Source: Octopus vulgaris
Taxonomy: Eukaryota
NCBI GenBank assembly: GCA_951406725.2
Contig: OX597821.1
Coordinates: 76,012,001 to 76,076,000, forward strand
Direction: 5' to 3'
Length of the DNA stretch: 64,000 bases
In this document: positions 32,531 to 45,809 of the stretch, in pieces
Layout of the letters: the number at the start of each line of letters is the position of its first letter
Numbering within the stretch: position 1 is the first letter of the stretch
The notes under the pieces: generated by a model
What the model was told of the DNA's origin: nothing
Databases searched by the model: none
Seen by the model: only the letters and a program-made list of their open reading frames with translations
Made by a program: the position numbers and the translations under genes

Positions 32531-33499
32531 GAATGAAGAAGGCGACTGAAAAAAATTTTTTTTTTTAATCTAAAAGCAAACCAATACGAGTCTCTGCTAA
32601 GTTGTTGTAACTGAGACAGCAGCAGCTGAACAGTTAGCATGGAGAATAATATTTCAGAATGCTGCTCGTTTCATTAATGCTGTGAGTTGTTTTTGCTCTG
32701 TTTGGATTGTAGTCTTTATATTTTCTTTATATTTCATAACGTAATCTGTCACATTTGTCTTTGTGTAAATTATTGATGAATTGGTTCTAATTAACTTGAT
32801 AATGCAGAACATTAATTAAACTGCCACAATCATCGTTGATTTTTCACTAGATATTAGCATAACAGCTAATATATTAGCGTGAGACTCTACTCTAAACAGG
32901 ATTAGAAATACTTAAATAAATATTATAATCTGATTAATTTCGAGACGAAACTAATGTTTACATGAAAGATGAAATAATAATGGTTGATCTAAGGAATAAA
33001 TTCTTCTCTTTCTTACCGCCCTATCCCTTCTTTTACTCCATAAAACCAAGCTTCAACATACAAACAAAATTCTACGTACACATTTCTATACATCTTCTCT
33101 CCATTTACTACTTCTCTCTTTCTTTCTCTCTCTCTCTTTCTTTCTCTCACTCTTTCTCTCTTTCTTTCTCTGTCTCTATCTCTTAGTTTATTTTCTTTAT
33201 GTTATGTATTTCAGGTTCATTATTCTTGTTTGTTTAATTCGGTTAGACATAAAGTCATAGCAGTGACTGCATGTTGAATCATTGTGCACTCTAAGTGATT
33301 AAATACCCTACTTAGATGAACTTGTACAGTCTAAACTTAGACTGCATGTGCGCTGGCGTGTGTATCTGTGGATGTGGGTGTATGGATTCTGGTGTAAAAA
33401 TAGATTAGTCGTTCCAACCATGATTTTCCAGTTCTTCAACCAACTCAACATCCAGCATCATTAAATAACGTATGATTATCTAAAGACCCGACAATTACG

Positions 33500-34545
33500 T
33501 GTTGTGAACTTAATATCGTTCCCACAGGGAGCAATGTGATAAGAGTGGGTCCTTGTGCTCTTGGTACAACCCATTCGGAAAATTTCCACACACTTACCAT
33601 CGATAGGATTTCAGTCACAAGATGGAACCGCGAACCTTGTATACTAGTTTACATTAACCTGAAGAATTACTCTATACTTTTATAAAGAACAAATTTATTA
33701 TTCTTAAGCAAGAATATAATTGACAGAGACTTTGAAGCTTTGGACTGCGATGCATTCGATTTAATCTTGGCTTTATACAGTCTTTGTTGGGCTAAAATCT
33801 TCTATAGGTGTGTGAGTTTGAGTGGAATGGTAACTGGGTTGTAATGTGGGTTACGATGGTGAGGTGCTTCGGAGAAACTGATTGAATTTGTGGTTATGTT
33901 ATTTTTTTAGAATTTATACATGCATGTAGAACTTTATAAACAGGTGTGTATATTTAGGTGTGTCAGCTTTATGTCACACAGCTGTTTTTTAGTGGTTCAC
34001 AAAAAAGGATGTAGCTAGGTTTAGTGAGTATTTTGGCCAGCGGATGCATCATTAGTTTTAGTTATTTTTAGTTTTATTGGATTCAATCCTTTACATTGTC
34101 AGTGTAGAGATCAAAGTCCAAGGTTTGATACAGTATTTAAAAACTTAGTAATTGAGAGCATCAAATTACTTATAATGCTGTTTTTAAGGGTTCACAAAAG
34201 ATTATAATATGTTTTAGATGATCAGTTTCTTTGCCTGTTATATATGGTATTTCTTGTTTGTATTTGGAAGGTGGCAATTATCAGGCTGGCATGTCATGAT
34301 GTTGTTAGTATAGAAATGTGTTCGATTTGTACTTTGATGTTCACAAGAGGACGTGGATAGGTGTAAAGGTTGTTGGTCTGTATGTTTCCCTCTGGATTCA
34401 TTGCTTTATAAGCACTTTAATATGAAGAATTTTTTAACTTTGTGTTTTACGGAGGCAGAGTTTCTTATCTATGTGTTTATAAATGTTGCTTTAATTTTTG
34501 TTCAAATGTATTGTAGGCCTATGTATTATTGTAGGTCTATGTGAA
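33500..34545 (-). mobile_element. Possible highly decayed Penelope-like element coding remnant
   Basis: Strong strand bias. Minus strand near 34340-34390 reads KHTDQQPLHLSTSSC, reminiscent of the Penelope KPTD..YLH..SCHP motif. No open frame. Confidence 0.3.
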
Positions 34546-34902
34546 AGTGAGACATTATAAACTACTTGTATGAAAATAGGAATAAAAATTGAATTTAAAA
34601 AATGATTACAAAATTTTAAATTCTAAATTTTAAAAATTGATATAAAACTTTAAAATTTGAAATTAAAGAAAACATTTTAGAAAAAGAGAGTTAACAAAAC
34701 AGGCTTTTCCAACTTGGTTTCATACAAATATTTATGTGAATATATGTAGGTTTGTGTATTTATATTAGAAAGTGTTCGCTTACTGGCATTCGTCTTTAAC
34801 GTTGGAAACCGAATTGTTCTCTGTGGAGTGTTATTCTCCGTCTTAGAGATATTCTTGTCTGCCTTGCATAACAATTATATATAATATGCGAAAGGTTTGA
34901 GT

Positions 34903-35295
34903 TAGTGGTAAGAAGCTTACTTTACAACCACGTGGTTCTGAGTTTAGTCTCACTGCCTGACATCGCGAGCAAGTGTCTTCTACTATTACCCCTTTACCCA
35001 CGAAAGCTTTGTGTGGATTTGGTTGACAGAAATTGAAATAATCCCGTTGTATATATATATATATATATATACATATGTATGTGTGTTTGCGTGTGTTTGC
35101 ATGTGTTCTTGTCCCACACCACCGCTTGACAACCGGTGATGGTGGGCTTATGTCCCCGTAATCTTGCAGTTCGACAAAAGAAAAACAATAGAATAAGTAC
35201 CAGCTTGAAAAATCAGTTCTGGGTTCGATACGTTCGACGAAACATTTTTCAGAGCGCTGCCCCAGCATGGTCGCAGTGTAATGACTGAAACAAAA
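34903..35295 (+). mobile_element. SINE family A, diverged
   Basis: gtggtaagaagcttactttacaaccacgtggttc..gtggatttggttgacagaaattgaa..cagcatggtcgcagtgtaatgactgaaac. Confidence 0.8.
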
Positions 35296-35371
35296 ATTAT
35301 AAGTAATATACATTTATTGAAAAGTTTTGACCTGTATATATTGGCATATATATAATATATAATATATAGTA

Positions 35372-35419
<48 letters not shown>

Positions 35420-35481
35420 CACCTGTGCGTATGTTTGTACATATATACATATAGGTTATATAGTGTATGTATATATTGGAA

Positions 35482-35672
35482 TGGCGAGCTAGCAGAATCG
35501 TTAGCACGCCGGGCAAAATGCTCAGCCGTATTTCGTCTGCCGAGGTCAACTTTGCCTTTTCTCCTTTCGGGGTCGATTAAATGAGCACCAGTTACGCACT
35601 GGGATCGATGTAATCGACTAATTCTTTTTGTTTGTCCCCTCTGTGTTTAGCCCCCTGTGGGCAATAAAGAAA
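35482..35672 (+). mobile_element. SINE family B with an internal deletion
   Basis: ggcgagctagcagaatcgttagcacgccgggc..ccccctgtgggcaataaagaaa. Confidence 0.8.
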
Positions 35673-35678
35673 AATATA

Positions 35679-35926
35679 TTGGGTTGGTGCATAATTATTG
35701 CGGCTTTTTTCAACAAATTTTATTCAACAAAAACAATAACAACATGTAACAAAAGCGTCTTTAAATGATTATTCCGGATCATATTCACCATCTACTTCAA
35801 TTACTGCTGCTCATTTACTTGGCAGACGGCCAGACCGTCATTTAAAGATGCTTTCTATATATTACTATTGTTTCTGTTGAATAAAATTTGTTGAGAAAAA
35901 GCCGCAGTAATTATGCACCAACCCTG
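35679..35926. mobile_element. Mariner-derived MITE
   Basis: ~60-bp TIRs gggttggtgcataattattgcggcttttt..caacaaattttattcaaca / tgttgaataaaatttgttg..aaaaagccgcagtaattatgcaccaaccc. TA at the left end. Confidence 0.85.
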
Positions 35927-37244
35927 TGTGTGTGTGTGTGTGTGTGTGTATGTATATATGCTATTTGTGTATATGTATGTATATGTATATATATAAACAT
36001 ATATATATATATATATATACACGTATTTATATACACATATACACACGCAGTGAGCGAGAGAGAAAGTGGAAGATGGAAACACAGAGAGAGTGAGGGAGAG
36101 CGCAACAGCCAGAATAAAGGATGTGGCTGAACACCTTTTTAGAAATGTCGGAAAAAATAAACGAATAAAGAAAAAGGGATAACAAAAAACTTGAAACTGT
36201 TCGGAGGGGAGAAGCAAAGACAGGGAAAGACAAAACAGGGAGATAAAGAGAGAAGGGAAAACTACAATAAAAGCAGTAACAACAACAACAACAACAACAA
36301 AAACAGCAACAATAAATAACAGCAACAAAAAGAGAAACACTAACGAAAGAAGACAAAAGATAAAAATAGTGTGAAAAAAGAATAAAAAGATATTACGATA
36401 AAGAAAAAGATAAGGGGAGATAATTATTGAATGAATGGCAGAACGAATGATTAAAAGGAGAAGGAAAGTTGAATGCGAGAAGATTGAGAAGAAATAATGA
36501 GAAGAAAGCAAGATGTCGGATAAAATTAAAACAGTGATCCAAGCAAAAAAAATATATATATATAAAAAGAAAATTCACAAACAACACGTATACATAGTCA
36601 TAATGGAACGTAATATACATACAGACACACATACACATACATCCACACAAATACACACACACACGGACACACACACAAGCACACACATATATATATATAT
36701 GTACACATATATATATATATACATGCACAAAGAAGGACAGAGTAAAAAGTAAGAAACGAACAAAGAAACAAAAACAGCAAAAAAAAAACAGACAAATAAA
36801 GAAATATATATTAATAAAAAAAAAAAGAAGTAGAGGGAAAGATCGATGTATTTAATGTTTTTGAGACACTTGTGATCCGGGTTCTGGAGATTGTCTTCCT
36901 ATGGCGGACATCAAACGGATTGCTATTGTATGTTTAATGAGGCGAGAGAAGCAAGACGGCAGTCACAAACAACAGCCAAAGGACAACTAGCAAAGCCAAA
37001 CGCCAAGCGCCCGCTGCTAAATACAGCTTAATCGGATTGGAGGTGTTTACACGAAAAGATTGCCAAGCGAAAACTTGTTTGCTCGCCTTTTTTTAGAACC
37101 AATGTTTCACCTTATATCCAGCCCCTATCATAGAAATAACCTTGGTTCAACCGACAACAAAAGCCTTTGGTTTCCCTATGTGTGGAATTATGATTGTTGC
37201 ATAGGTGTGTACGTGTGTGTGTGTGTGTGTGTCTGTGCATATGT

Positions 37245-37450
37245 GAAGTAGGCTTGTGTGTGCATATAAGTACGTGTGTGTGCATATAAGTACGTGTGTG
37301 TGTATGTATGTGGTGAAGTAGGCTTGTGTATGTATGCATGTATGTTTGTTAGCACATGTGTGTGTGTGTTGTTTGTGTGTGTGCGTGTATGAAGTAGGCT
37401 TGTGTATGTGAATATGTGTGTGTATTTCATGTGTGATATAGGCTTCTATA
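37245..37450. repeat. Degenerate minisatellite (gaagtaggcttgtgt units interleaved with TG/TA runs)
   Basis: gaagtaggcttgtgt recurs at ~37245, ~37315 and ~37391, with a diverged copy at ~37435. Confidence 0.6.
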
Positions 37451-37792
37451 TGCATGTATGTACGTGTGTGGGTGCATGTGTGTGTATGTGTGTGTGCGTG
37501 CGTAGTCAATTAGTAGAGTGAGTAGAGCGTCGGATTACAACGCCTTGTGGTAATTCTTCCAACTCCCTACGCTCAGAGTTCAAATACCGCTGGGGTTAGC
37601 TTTGCCTTTAGTCTTTGCGAGGTCGATAAAAGAGGGCCAATTCCGGGCGTTTAACTAGTAGGACTGTGAGAAAAGGTTGGACTTAATGCCTTGTGGTATT
37701 CGGTCCCGATCTTTCTATTTTATCATTTGAAGATACTCTCCTCCATCCGTGTAACTATTCTTAGTAACACCTTCTAATTGGATGTGAAGTGG

Positions 37793-37829
<37 letters not shown>

Positions 37830-38061
37830 GGGACACAAAGTGAGGGAGAGGGAAAGAAAGAGATATCGGTGAAGTGAGAGGAAGAGGGAGATGAGAGATA
37901 GAGATAGAGAGATGAGGGAAAGCGAGAGAGAGAGAGAAAGAGAGAGAGAGTATGACAAATTGAGAGAAATAAGGGGACGAGAGAGTTTTTCATAAAGAAT
38001 ATCATAGGAGGAATAAGGGTGCTTTAAGGCTTAGCTTGTGCGATCGTATACACAAGTGTTA

Positions 38062-38109
<48 letters not shown>

Positions 38110-38422
38110 TGAACTGATGTGGTTTTCATATACCCAGGTGTATGAATGTGTGAATGCATGTATGCGCATACTGATGTACTCTACGCAGGTATTAAAATTT
38201 TGAGTTTCACCTTACTTGACTAATAATTCTGTTATTTACGGCTAGTGCAGCCGTGATGGATGGATGAATGGATTGATGGATGGATGGATGGATGGATGGA
38301 TGGATGATGATGATGATGATGATGACGACTACGACGACGACAACGACGACGACCCTGATTCTGGAGGATGCAGATGTTTTGCTAGGAAATAGGGACGAAG
38401 AGAAACGACCAGAAAGCAGAGA

Positions 38423-38535
38423 ATGAGGCACCTACGATTCCGAAGATACAGAATTTGCTGACAAATCTGTATTTATTATTATTATTATTGTTGTTGTTGT
38501 TGTTGTTATCATTATCATCATCATCATCATCATCA

Positions 38536-38599
<64 letters not shown>

Positions 38600-38604
38600 C
38601 ATCA

Positions 38605-38663
<59 letters not shown>

Positions 38664-39217
38664 GAGTGAGCGAGCAGAGCATCCCATCAAAGTGATACTG
38701 GGGTAAAATATACGAAGCCCAGTATACCCATCATGACTACCCGTCTGATAAGGGTACACCAGGCACATGCATCACAACCATATGTGCGCGACATGGTGAT
38801 CTCATATCAAGATAAACAGCACATGACCTTGCAGGTGGAGCCCAGTTAGAATTTTCTTCAGATCGAGTAACCCATCCCGCTCAAAAGGTCCCTGAATAAG
38901 GGTTGTTTAAGGACGTTGAACGAAACACCCATGTTTCCAGAGGTGAATTATTCAAACCCCAAAGAATCCTTCTCAACACATGGCTATGATGCTCCCCCAC
39001 TACTTCTGCTCGTGATCAGAGATGCACATATCGTCAGCCACTAAGGGACATGCTCAACTGGTTAAGGTCAAACAACTGACAAGCAAATCTGTGGTATTGA
39101 GCAGAATATTTGCTGTAGCCCATCTTTTATACCAAGACAAAACAATGTACATGATAACACTTCCAATCAGTTAAGATCAGAAGCCATGAGAGCCACTGCC
39201 TGGTACTGCATCAGGGC

Positions 39218-39290
<73 letters not shown>

Positions 39291-39373
39291 GTCACCGTTT
39301 TCTTTCGATTGTGTTTCCATTTCTTGCCGAGTGTCTTCTCGACACCCAGGGTCGAGAAACTCACTATACTCAC
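38423..39373. mobile_element. Short repeat family F with an internal (ATT)n, here interrupted by element E
   Basis: atgaggcacctacgattccgaag..tctgtattt(ATT)n..tcaccgttttc..gagaaactcac. An uninterrupted copy lies at 43359-43548. Flanked by 48-bp direct repeats (38375-38422, 39374-39421). Confidence 0.75.
38664..39219 (+). mobile_element. ~555-bp non-coding interspersed repeat family E embedded in (ATT)n
   Basis: Near-identical to 43767-44321; both copies are flanked by (ATT)n on each side. Confidence 0.85.
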
Positions 39374-39475
39374 TGTTTTGCTAGGAAATAGGGACGAAAA
39401 GAAACGACCAGAAAGCAGAGAGGATAACCTGGGTAATCAATACAGAGGAAGATGGTGAAAGAAGCAATCAGGCTC

Positions 39476-39866
39476 TTTACTCTTTTACTTGTTTCAGTCA
39501 TTTCACTGTGGCAATGTGGGAACACCGCCCTTAGTCGAGCAAATTGACCCCCAGGACTTATTCTTTGTAAGCCTAGTACTTATTCTATCGGTCTCTTTTG
39601 CTGAACTGCTAGGTTATGGGAACGTAAACACACCAGCATCGGTTGTCAAGCGATGTTGCGGGAACAAACATAGACACACCAACATATACACATACATATA
39701 TATACATATATACGAAGGGCTTCTTTCCGTTTCCGTCTACCAAATCCAGTCACAAGACTTTGGTCGGCCCGAGGCTATAGTAGAAGACATTTGCTCAAGA
39801 TGCCACGCAGTGGGACTAAACCCGGAACCATGTGGTTCGTTAGCAAGCTACTTACCGCACAGCCAC
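39476..39866 (-). mobile_element. SINE family A
   Basis: Colinear with the other family A copies. Confidence 0.85.
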
Positions 39867-40639
39867 CGAAACCCTAAATAGACATCTAAAACATTGATGT
39901 TTTTATTCCATTTGTTTTCATTCGACGGAACACTTCTGTATTTTTTTATTTTTTGTTACTAGTCTTTATAGTACGGAATTTGGGTGAGTTGTGAGTCAAA
40001 ATTAACAGAGAAAGATTTGAACTCAGAATGCAGGATTTGATCAGAGAACAATATTACTTTAAAGAAAATATTGTTTCTCTTAAGAATTCCCATCACGTCA
40101 GCGAACAGCCCCTGCAACTCTTATAATGTAACAAAAGAATTTTATTGAAATAATATCTCAAAGGATACCGCTATACCAAATGATTGTAACCACTGAATCG
40201 AAAGACTATATCGAAGAACTGATAGTTCATATGCTGCTACGGGTGACACTTTCACAAGCCTAGAACCGAAATATATACCAGACAGAATGAATGCAATGTC
40301 TTATATTTTTTCTCCCTCCACCCCCTTCTACCACATGCACACACACGGAAACATACATGCGCTCGTGCCCGGACAATCGCATATTCTTATCTTCCGAACT
40401 GATCTGCCGATATATACGTTAGATTGTAGTAGCATCAGCCGCAATCAGATCAGTCCGGTTGGGCCTTTAAAGATCAGAGGTACTGACCTTTTTCTCCTGA
40501 CTAATTTATAGAGTAATATATATATATAAGTGTGTGTGTGTATGTGTATGTATGTGTGAGTGACTGTTTGTGTCTGTGTTTCTAAGTGTTAAGTTTATGT
40601 GCCTTTATGTAAGTATGCGTATTATAGTTGTGTGAGTAA

Positions 40640-40683
<44 letters not shown>

Positions 40684-40845
40684 AGCGTATACATGAGTAT
40701 GTGTGTATACAGACATAAGTGCACACACACACATATATATATATAAATATGTGTGTATGTATATATATAAAACACATACATATACATATATATATGTGTA
40801 TGTATATATACATATTTACATACATATATATGTGTGTGTGTACAT

Positions 40846-40883
<38 letters not shown>

Positions 40884-40932
40884 GTGTGTGTGTGTGTGTC
40901 TGCCTGTCTGTGTATGTGAGTGTGTGCGCGCG

Positions 40933-40970
<38 letters not shown>

Positions 40971-41710
40971 CTGTTGAATCTATCAATCGAAATTGTATTA
41001 GTTTGCAACTCTTTGCAAGATCATTTGTAAACTTTTTTTTTACTATACTTCTGGGGTTTTTTTCATTATTTTTTTATTATTTACGTGTCTTTCCAGTACC
41101 TGTCTTCGGAGGCCAACATTTCCAACACTTTCGTTTTTTGTCTTCTACTCTCCAAAATAATTCCATTTCAATAATTCCACCGACACAAAATATTGTTGTA
41201 TTGGAGCCAAAACAAAACGTGTTTTTTTTTTCCTCATGAATATTCATCTCTGATCGGTCTTCAAGTACAGATCAATTTTCAGGAATCCTAAATCTCCGAT
41301 TCTTGCGTCTTCGCAAACAAAACGGAGAAGCCCAATAATTATGTTAATGATTTCTTTTATTGGCCACGAGGATTGAAGATTTGGGGGACAGTACAAAAGT
41401 AAGGCAGAAAATAAATGACAAACGTGAGAGCGGGTTAGGAGTTGACATGGTGTAAAATGGTGAACTCAACATTCACGGGAAACACATTAATAAACGCAAG
41501 GTTTATTGCCAGTTCAAATAAGCTTAGGATATGTTCGAATCCAAGCATGTTTGAGCTAGTAACACACTACTGCATGGCGCTGCTACCGCATAACATTAAT
41601 AAAGAGGTAACAACAAATATAAAACAAAATATAATAACAAAAATGTGTCTTTTGGACGTTAGACTACATTTAACGTATCAGGGAACCCACCTCCGAAAAC
41701 TGTATTACTC

Positions 41711-41742
<32 letters not shown>

Positions 41743-41794
41743 GTAATAGTAATGATAATAATAGTAATAGTAATAATAATAATAATAATAATTT

Positions 41795-42023
41795 TTTATT
41801 CTTTATTGCGCAACGGATGCTAAACATAGAAGGGACAAACACGGACAAAGGGATTAAGGCGATAACATAGACCCTAGTGCGTAACTGGTACTTAGTTAAT
41901 CGACACCGAAAGAAAGAAAGGTAAAGTCAACCTCGATGCAATTTGAACTCAGAACGTAACTGCAGACGAAATACCGCAAATCACTTCGCCTGACGTGCTA
42001 ACGTTTCTACCAGCTCGCCGCCC
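41795..42023 (-). mobile_element. SINE family B (tail 1)
   Basis: ..atttgaactcagaacgtaactgcagacgaaataccgc..gctaacgtttctaccagctcgccgcc. Confidence 0.8.
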
Positions 42024-42032
42024 ATAAATATA

Positions 42033-42610
42033 CTGGTGGTCATGTTCGGTATACTGGGCTTCATATATTTTACTCCGGTATCATTTAGAGGGTTTGCGCT
42101 GCTCAGACACTGGTTCTCATGGCTTCTGAACTTGACTGATTGGAAGTGCCATCATGTACATTGTTTGGTCTTGGTATAAAAGATGGGCTACAGCAAATAC
42201 TCTGCTCAGTACCACAGATTTGCTTTTTAGTTGTTTGATCTTAACCAGTTGAGCATGTCTTTTGTGGCTGACAATATGTGCAACTCTGATCACGAGCAGA
42301 AGTAGTGGGGGAGCATCATAGCCATAGGTTAAGAGGAATTCTTTGGGGTTTGGATAATTCACCTCTGGAACCATTGGGGTTTTGTTCAACAATATTAAAC
42401 AAACCTTTTTCAAGGACCTTTCGAACCGGATGTGTTACTCGGCCAAAAGAAAATTCTAACTGGGCCCCATGTGCAAGGTCATGCGCTTTTTATCTTGATA
42501 TTAGATCACTATGTGGCGCACATATCGTTGTGATGCATGTACCTAGTGTACACTTATCAGATGAGTTGTGTAGTCGTGGTAGGTATACTGGGCTTCGTAT
42601 ATCTTACCCC
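42033..42610 (-). mobile_element. Diverged family E copy followed head-to-tail by the start of a second E copy
   Basis: 42110-42610 is the reverse complement of E. 42033-42103 is the reverse complement of the E 5' end (ggtatactgggcttc appears twice). Confidence 0.75.
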
Positions 42611-42815
42611 AAAGAATCATTGTTCTTTTTGAACCCAGAATGTAGAGAGCAGGACTGATATAGACGCAAATAGCCAGAACGGACAGCAAATTTTGAGAAA
42701 GGAGTCAGGTGATTAAATCGACCCCTCTGCTGGATTGGTAATATATATTTCATCAAGCTCGAAGAAATGAAAGGTAAGATTAACGTCAACTGATATGAAA
42801 GCAATAACAATAACG

Positions 42816-42891
<76 letters not shown>

Positions 42892-43358
42892 ATAATTTAA
42901 ATAACTAAATAAAATTGTAACCGAAGACTTTGCCCTCGTATAAAACAACTGAATGTCATAGAGCTTTGTTCGGTGAAGCTTTGGAGCGTCTTGAAGCACG
43001 TGACATGCCTCGCTTTGATATTATCAAAATGTCAGTAAGAGGATATCTTTAACTTATTTACGTTTGTTCAATATGATTATGAACAGAAAATAAAAAAAGG
43101 TTTGCACTGAAGGTCAGGTGTCTGCAGAAACTAAGGAGCGCTCCATAATGAAAAGAAAAAATCAAAAAGAAAAAAGAAATGGAATCTTTTTTCTTTGCAT
43201 TGAAATCTAACGTAAGTGTTGATTGGAAAGATTCGCAATTCGCATTCGTATCACGTCTTCTTTGTTTTCGGCAAGAATAGAAGAAAAACTGTGATACTGC
43301 TGTTAAAAGAATATAAAAAAAAAAAGACTTGGTGAAATTCGTAAATGTTAATTGTCTA

Positions 43359-43407
43359 GAATGAAGCACCTACGATTCCGAAGTTACAGAATTTGCTGAC
43401 AAATCTG

Positions 43408-43471
<64 letters not shown>

Positions 43472-43548
43472 CACCCTTTTCATTCGAATGTGTTTCCATT
43501 TCTTGCCGAGTGTCTTCCCGACACCCAGGGCCGAGAAACACACTGCAT
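43359..43548. mobile_element. Family F, empty copy lacking element E
   Basis: Same left and right halves as 38423-39373, joined only by (ATT)n. Confidence 0.75.
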
Positions 43549-43766
43549 ACATTGGCAGGCCATCAAAATAAACACACCAGATTGTTCATTTACAAGATCA
43601 TGTGATACAAAGAAGGGGGAAGAAAGACAGACAGAAAAAGGAAAGAAGAAAAAATGAAAACAGAAAAAGAAAATAGAGGGGAAGAAAGGAAAGAAAATTC
43701 CCAACGACAATTCTCTTCTCAATACGTGTGACGTACTAGTTGAGGCATATTATTATTATTATTATT

Positions 43767-44320
43767 GAGTGAGAGAGCAGTGCATGCCATCAAAGTGACA
43801 CTGGGGTAAAATATACGAAGCCCAATATACCCATCATGACTACCCGTCTGATAAAGGTACACCAGGCACATGCATCACAACCATATGTGCGCGACATGGT
43901 GATCTCATATCAAGATAAACAGCACATGACCTTGCAGGTGGGGCCCAGTTAGAATTTTCTTCAGATTGAGTAGCCCATCCCGCTCAAACGGTCCCTGAAT
44001 AAGGGTTGTTTAAGGATGTTGAAAGAACCACCCATGTTTCCAGAGGTGAACTATTCAAACCCCAAAGAATCCCTCTCAACACATGGCTATGATGCTCCCC
44101 CACTACTTCTGCTCGTGATCAGAGATGCACATATTGTCAGCCACGAAGGGACATGCTCAACTGGTTAAGGTCAAACAACTGACAAGCAAATCTGTGGTAT
44201 TGAGCAGAATATTTGCTGTAGCCCATCTTTTATACCAAGACAAAACAATGTACATGATAACACTTCCAATCAGTTAAGATCAGAAGCCATGAGAGCCTCT
44301 GCCTGGTACTGCATCAGGGC

Positions 44321-44321
<1 letters not shown>
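43767..44321 (+). mobile_element. Family E copy in (ATT)n
   Basis: Near-identical to 38664-39219. Confidence 0.85.
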
Positions 44322-44389
<68 letters not shown>

Positions 44390-44402
44390 CATCATCATCA
44401 TC

Positions 44403-45025
44403 ATTGCCTTTGCACAGCTTCTAACGCTGGTGATGTACTACAGTATCAGCTGTTCACTACCAGTGAGCTATGGTAACACCTCTTATTTTTCGAGCACCTT
44501 CCGGAGTATTCGAGCGGTTTCAAGCAGTGCTGTTTTCTGCAAGTCCTCCACCCTTATTACAGCCCATATTTGTTCCACGTGTTTCTGCAGATTTTTGCTC
44601 ACTGTTCCCAGGGCACCGACGTATTATTATCATCATCATCATCATTGCCTTTGCACAGCTTCTAACGCTGGTGATGTACTACAGTATCAGCTGTTCACTA
44701 CCAGTGAGCTATGGTAACACCTCTTATTTTTCGAGCACCTTCCGGAGTATTCGAGCGGTTTCAAGCAGTGCTGTTTTCTGCAAGTCCTCCACCCTTATTA
44801 CAGCCCATATTTGTTCCACGTGTTTCTGCAGATTTTTGCTCACTGTTCCCAGGGCACCGACGATTATTGGTACTACTGCTACCTTTTTCATCAACCACAA
44901 CTGCTTTACCTCCCAAGCTAACCTGTAATATCTATTGACTTTTCATTCTTTCTTATGACATATCTTGTCAGCTGGCCATCTATGATCCAGCATAGATTAT
45001 TTTCTTTCTCAATTAAGACTATGTC
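44403..45025 (-). mobile_element. 3' end of an RLE-type non-LTR retrotransposon (R4/Dong/NeSL-like) with an exact tandem duplication of its terminal ~220 bp
   Basis: Minus strand reads DIVLIEKENNLCWIID..RLAWEVKQLWLMKKVAVVPIIVGALGTVSKNL..LQKTALLETARILRKVLEK*, followed by a (TGA)n(TAA)n tail. 44403-44621 equals 44644-44862. Confidence 0.8.
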
Positions 45026-45084
<59 letters not shown>

Positions 45085-45134
45085 GTTAATATTATTTGGT
45101 TTCGCTCAGTTTCGGTCTTATTCATTTATGTGGG

Positions 45135-45350
45135 TAGCGAGTTACTACTCTTAAACCTCAGGTATCCACCAAGTTTTCAATAGACTTTCAAGTGCTTGGA
45201 ACCCACCTAATAATCCTTGCTGCCCCTCAGAGACAAACTTCTTGTAAGAGCTCTCCAGTCATTTGTCTATATCCATACTTGTTGCTCCCAACATTCCAAT
45301 TATTACGGGCACAGCCTTGACAGTTCTAATGCTCCAACTTCTTCCTATTT
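45135..45350 (-). mobile_element. Decayed RLE-type LINE 3' fragment of a second family
   Basis: Minus strand reads ..WSIRTVKAVPVIIGMLGA.., followed downstream by (TAA)n. Confidence 0.45.
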
Positions 45351-45447
45351 AACATTTTAAGGGTTTGTATTTTTTACTTCCTCTTTTCGACCCCCTGGAA
45401 TCAAACAGGCTTGATGCGTCGATCAGTAAACAATATCGCATTAGTAA

Positions 45448-45566
45448 TGCATGCCATCAAAGTGACACTGGGGTACAAATATACAAAGACAAATATACCC
45501 ATCATGACTACCCGAATGATAAAGGTACACCAGGCACATGCATCACAACCATATGTGCGCGACATG
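45448..45566 (+). mobile_element. Family E 5' fragment
   Basis: tgcatgccatcaaagtgacactggggta..catatgtgcgcgacatg. Confidence 0.75.
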
Positions 45567-45596
45567 TTGTTATTACTTGTATTATTTGTCGGCAAA

Positions 45597-45809
45597 AAGG
45601 CGGCGATCTGGCAGAATCGTTAACACGCTGGACGAAATGCTTAGAAGTATTTTGCCCGTTGCTACATTCTGAGTTCAAATTCCGTCGAGGTCGACTTTGC
45701 CTTTCATCTTTTCGGGGTCGATAAATTAAGTACCAGTGAAACACTGTGGTCGATATAAACGACTAGTCCCCTTCCCCAAATTCAGGCCTTGTCTCTATAG
45801 TACAAAGGG
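45597..45809 (+). mobile_element. SINE family B monomer
   Basis: TSD ttatttgtcggcaaa at 45582-45596 and 45810-45824. Confidence 0.85.

Noticed and set aside
38735-38760. CTGATAAGGG in element E as a hammerhead core
   Set aside because: It is CUGAUAA rather than CUGANGA, and no GAAA follows the stem.
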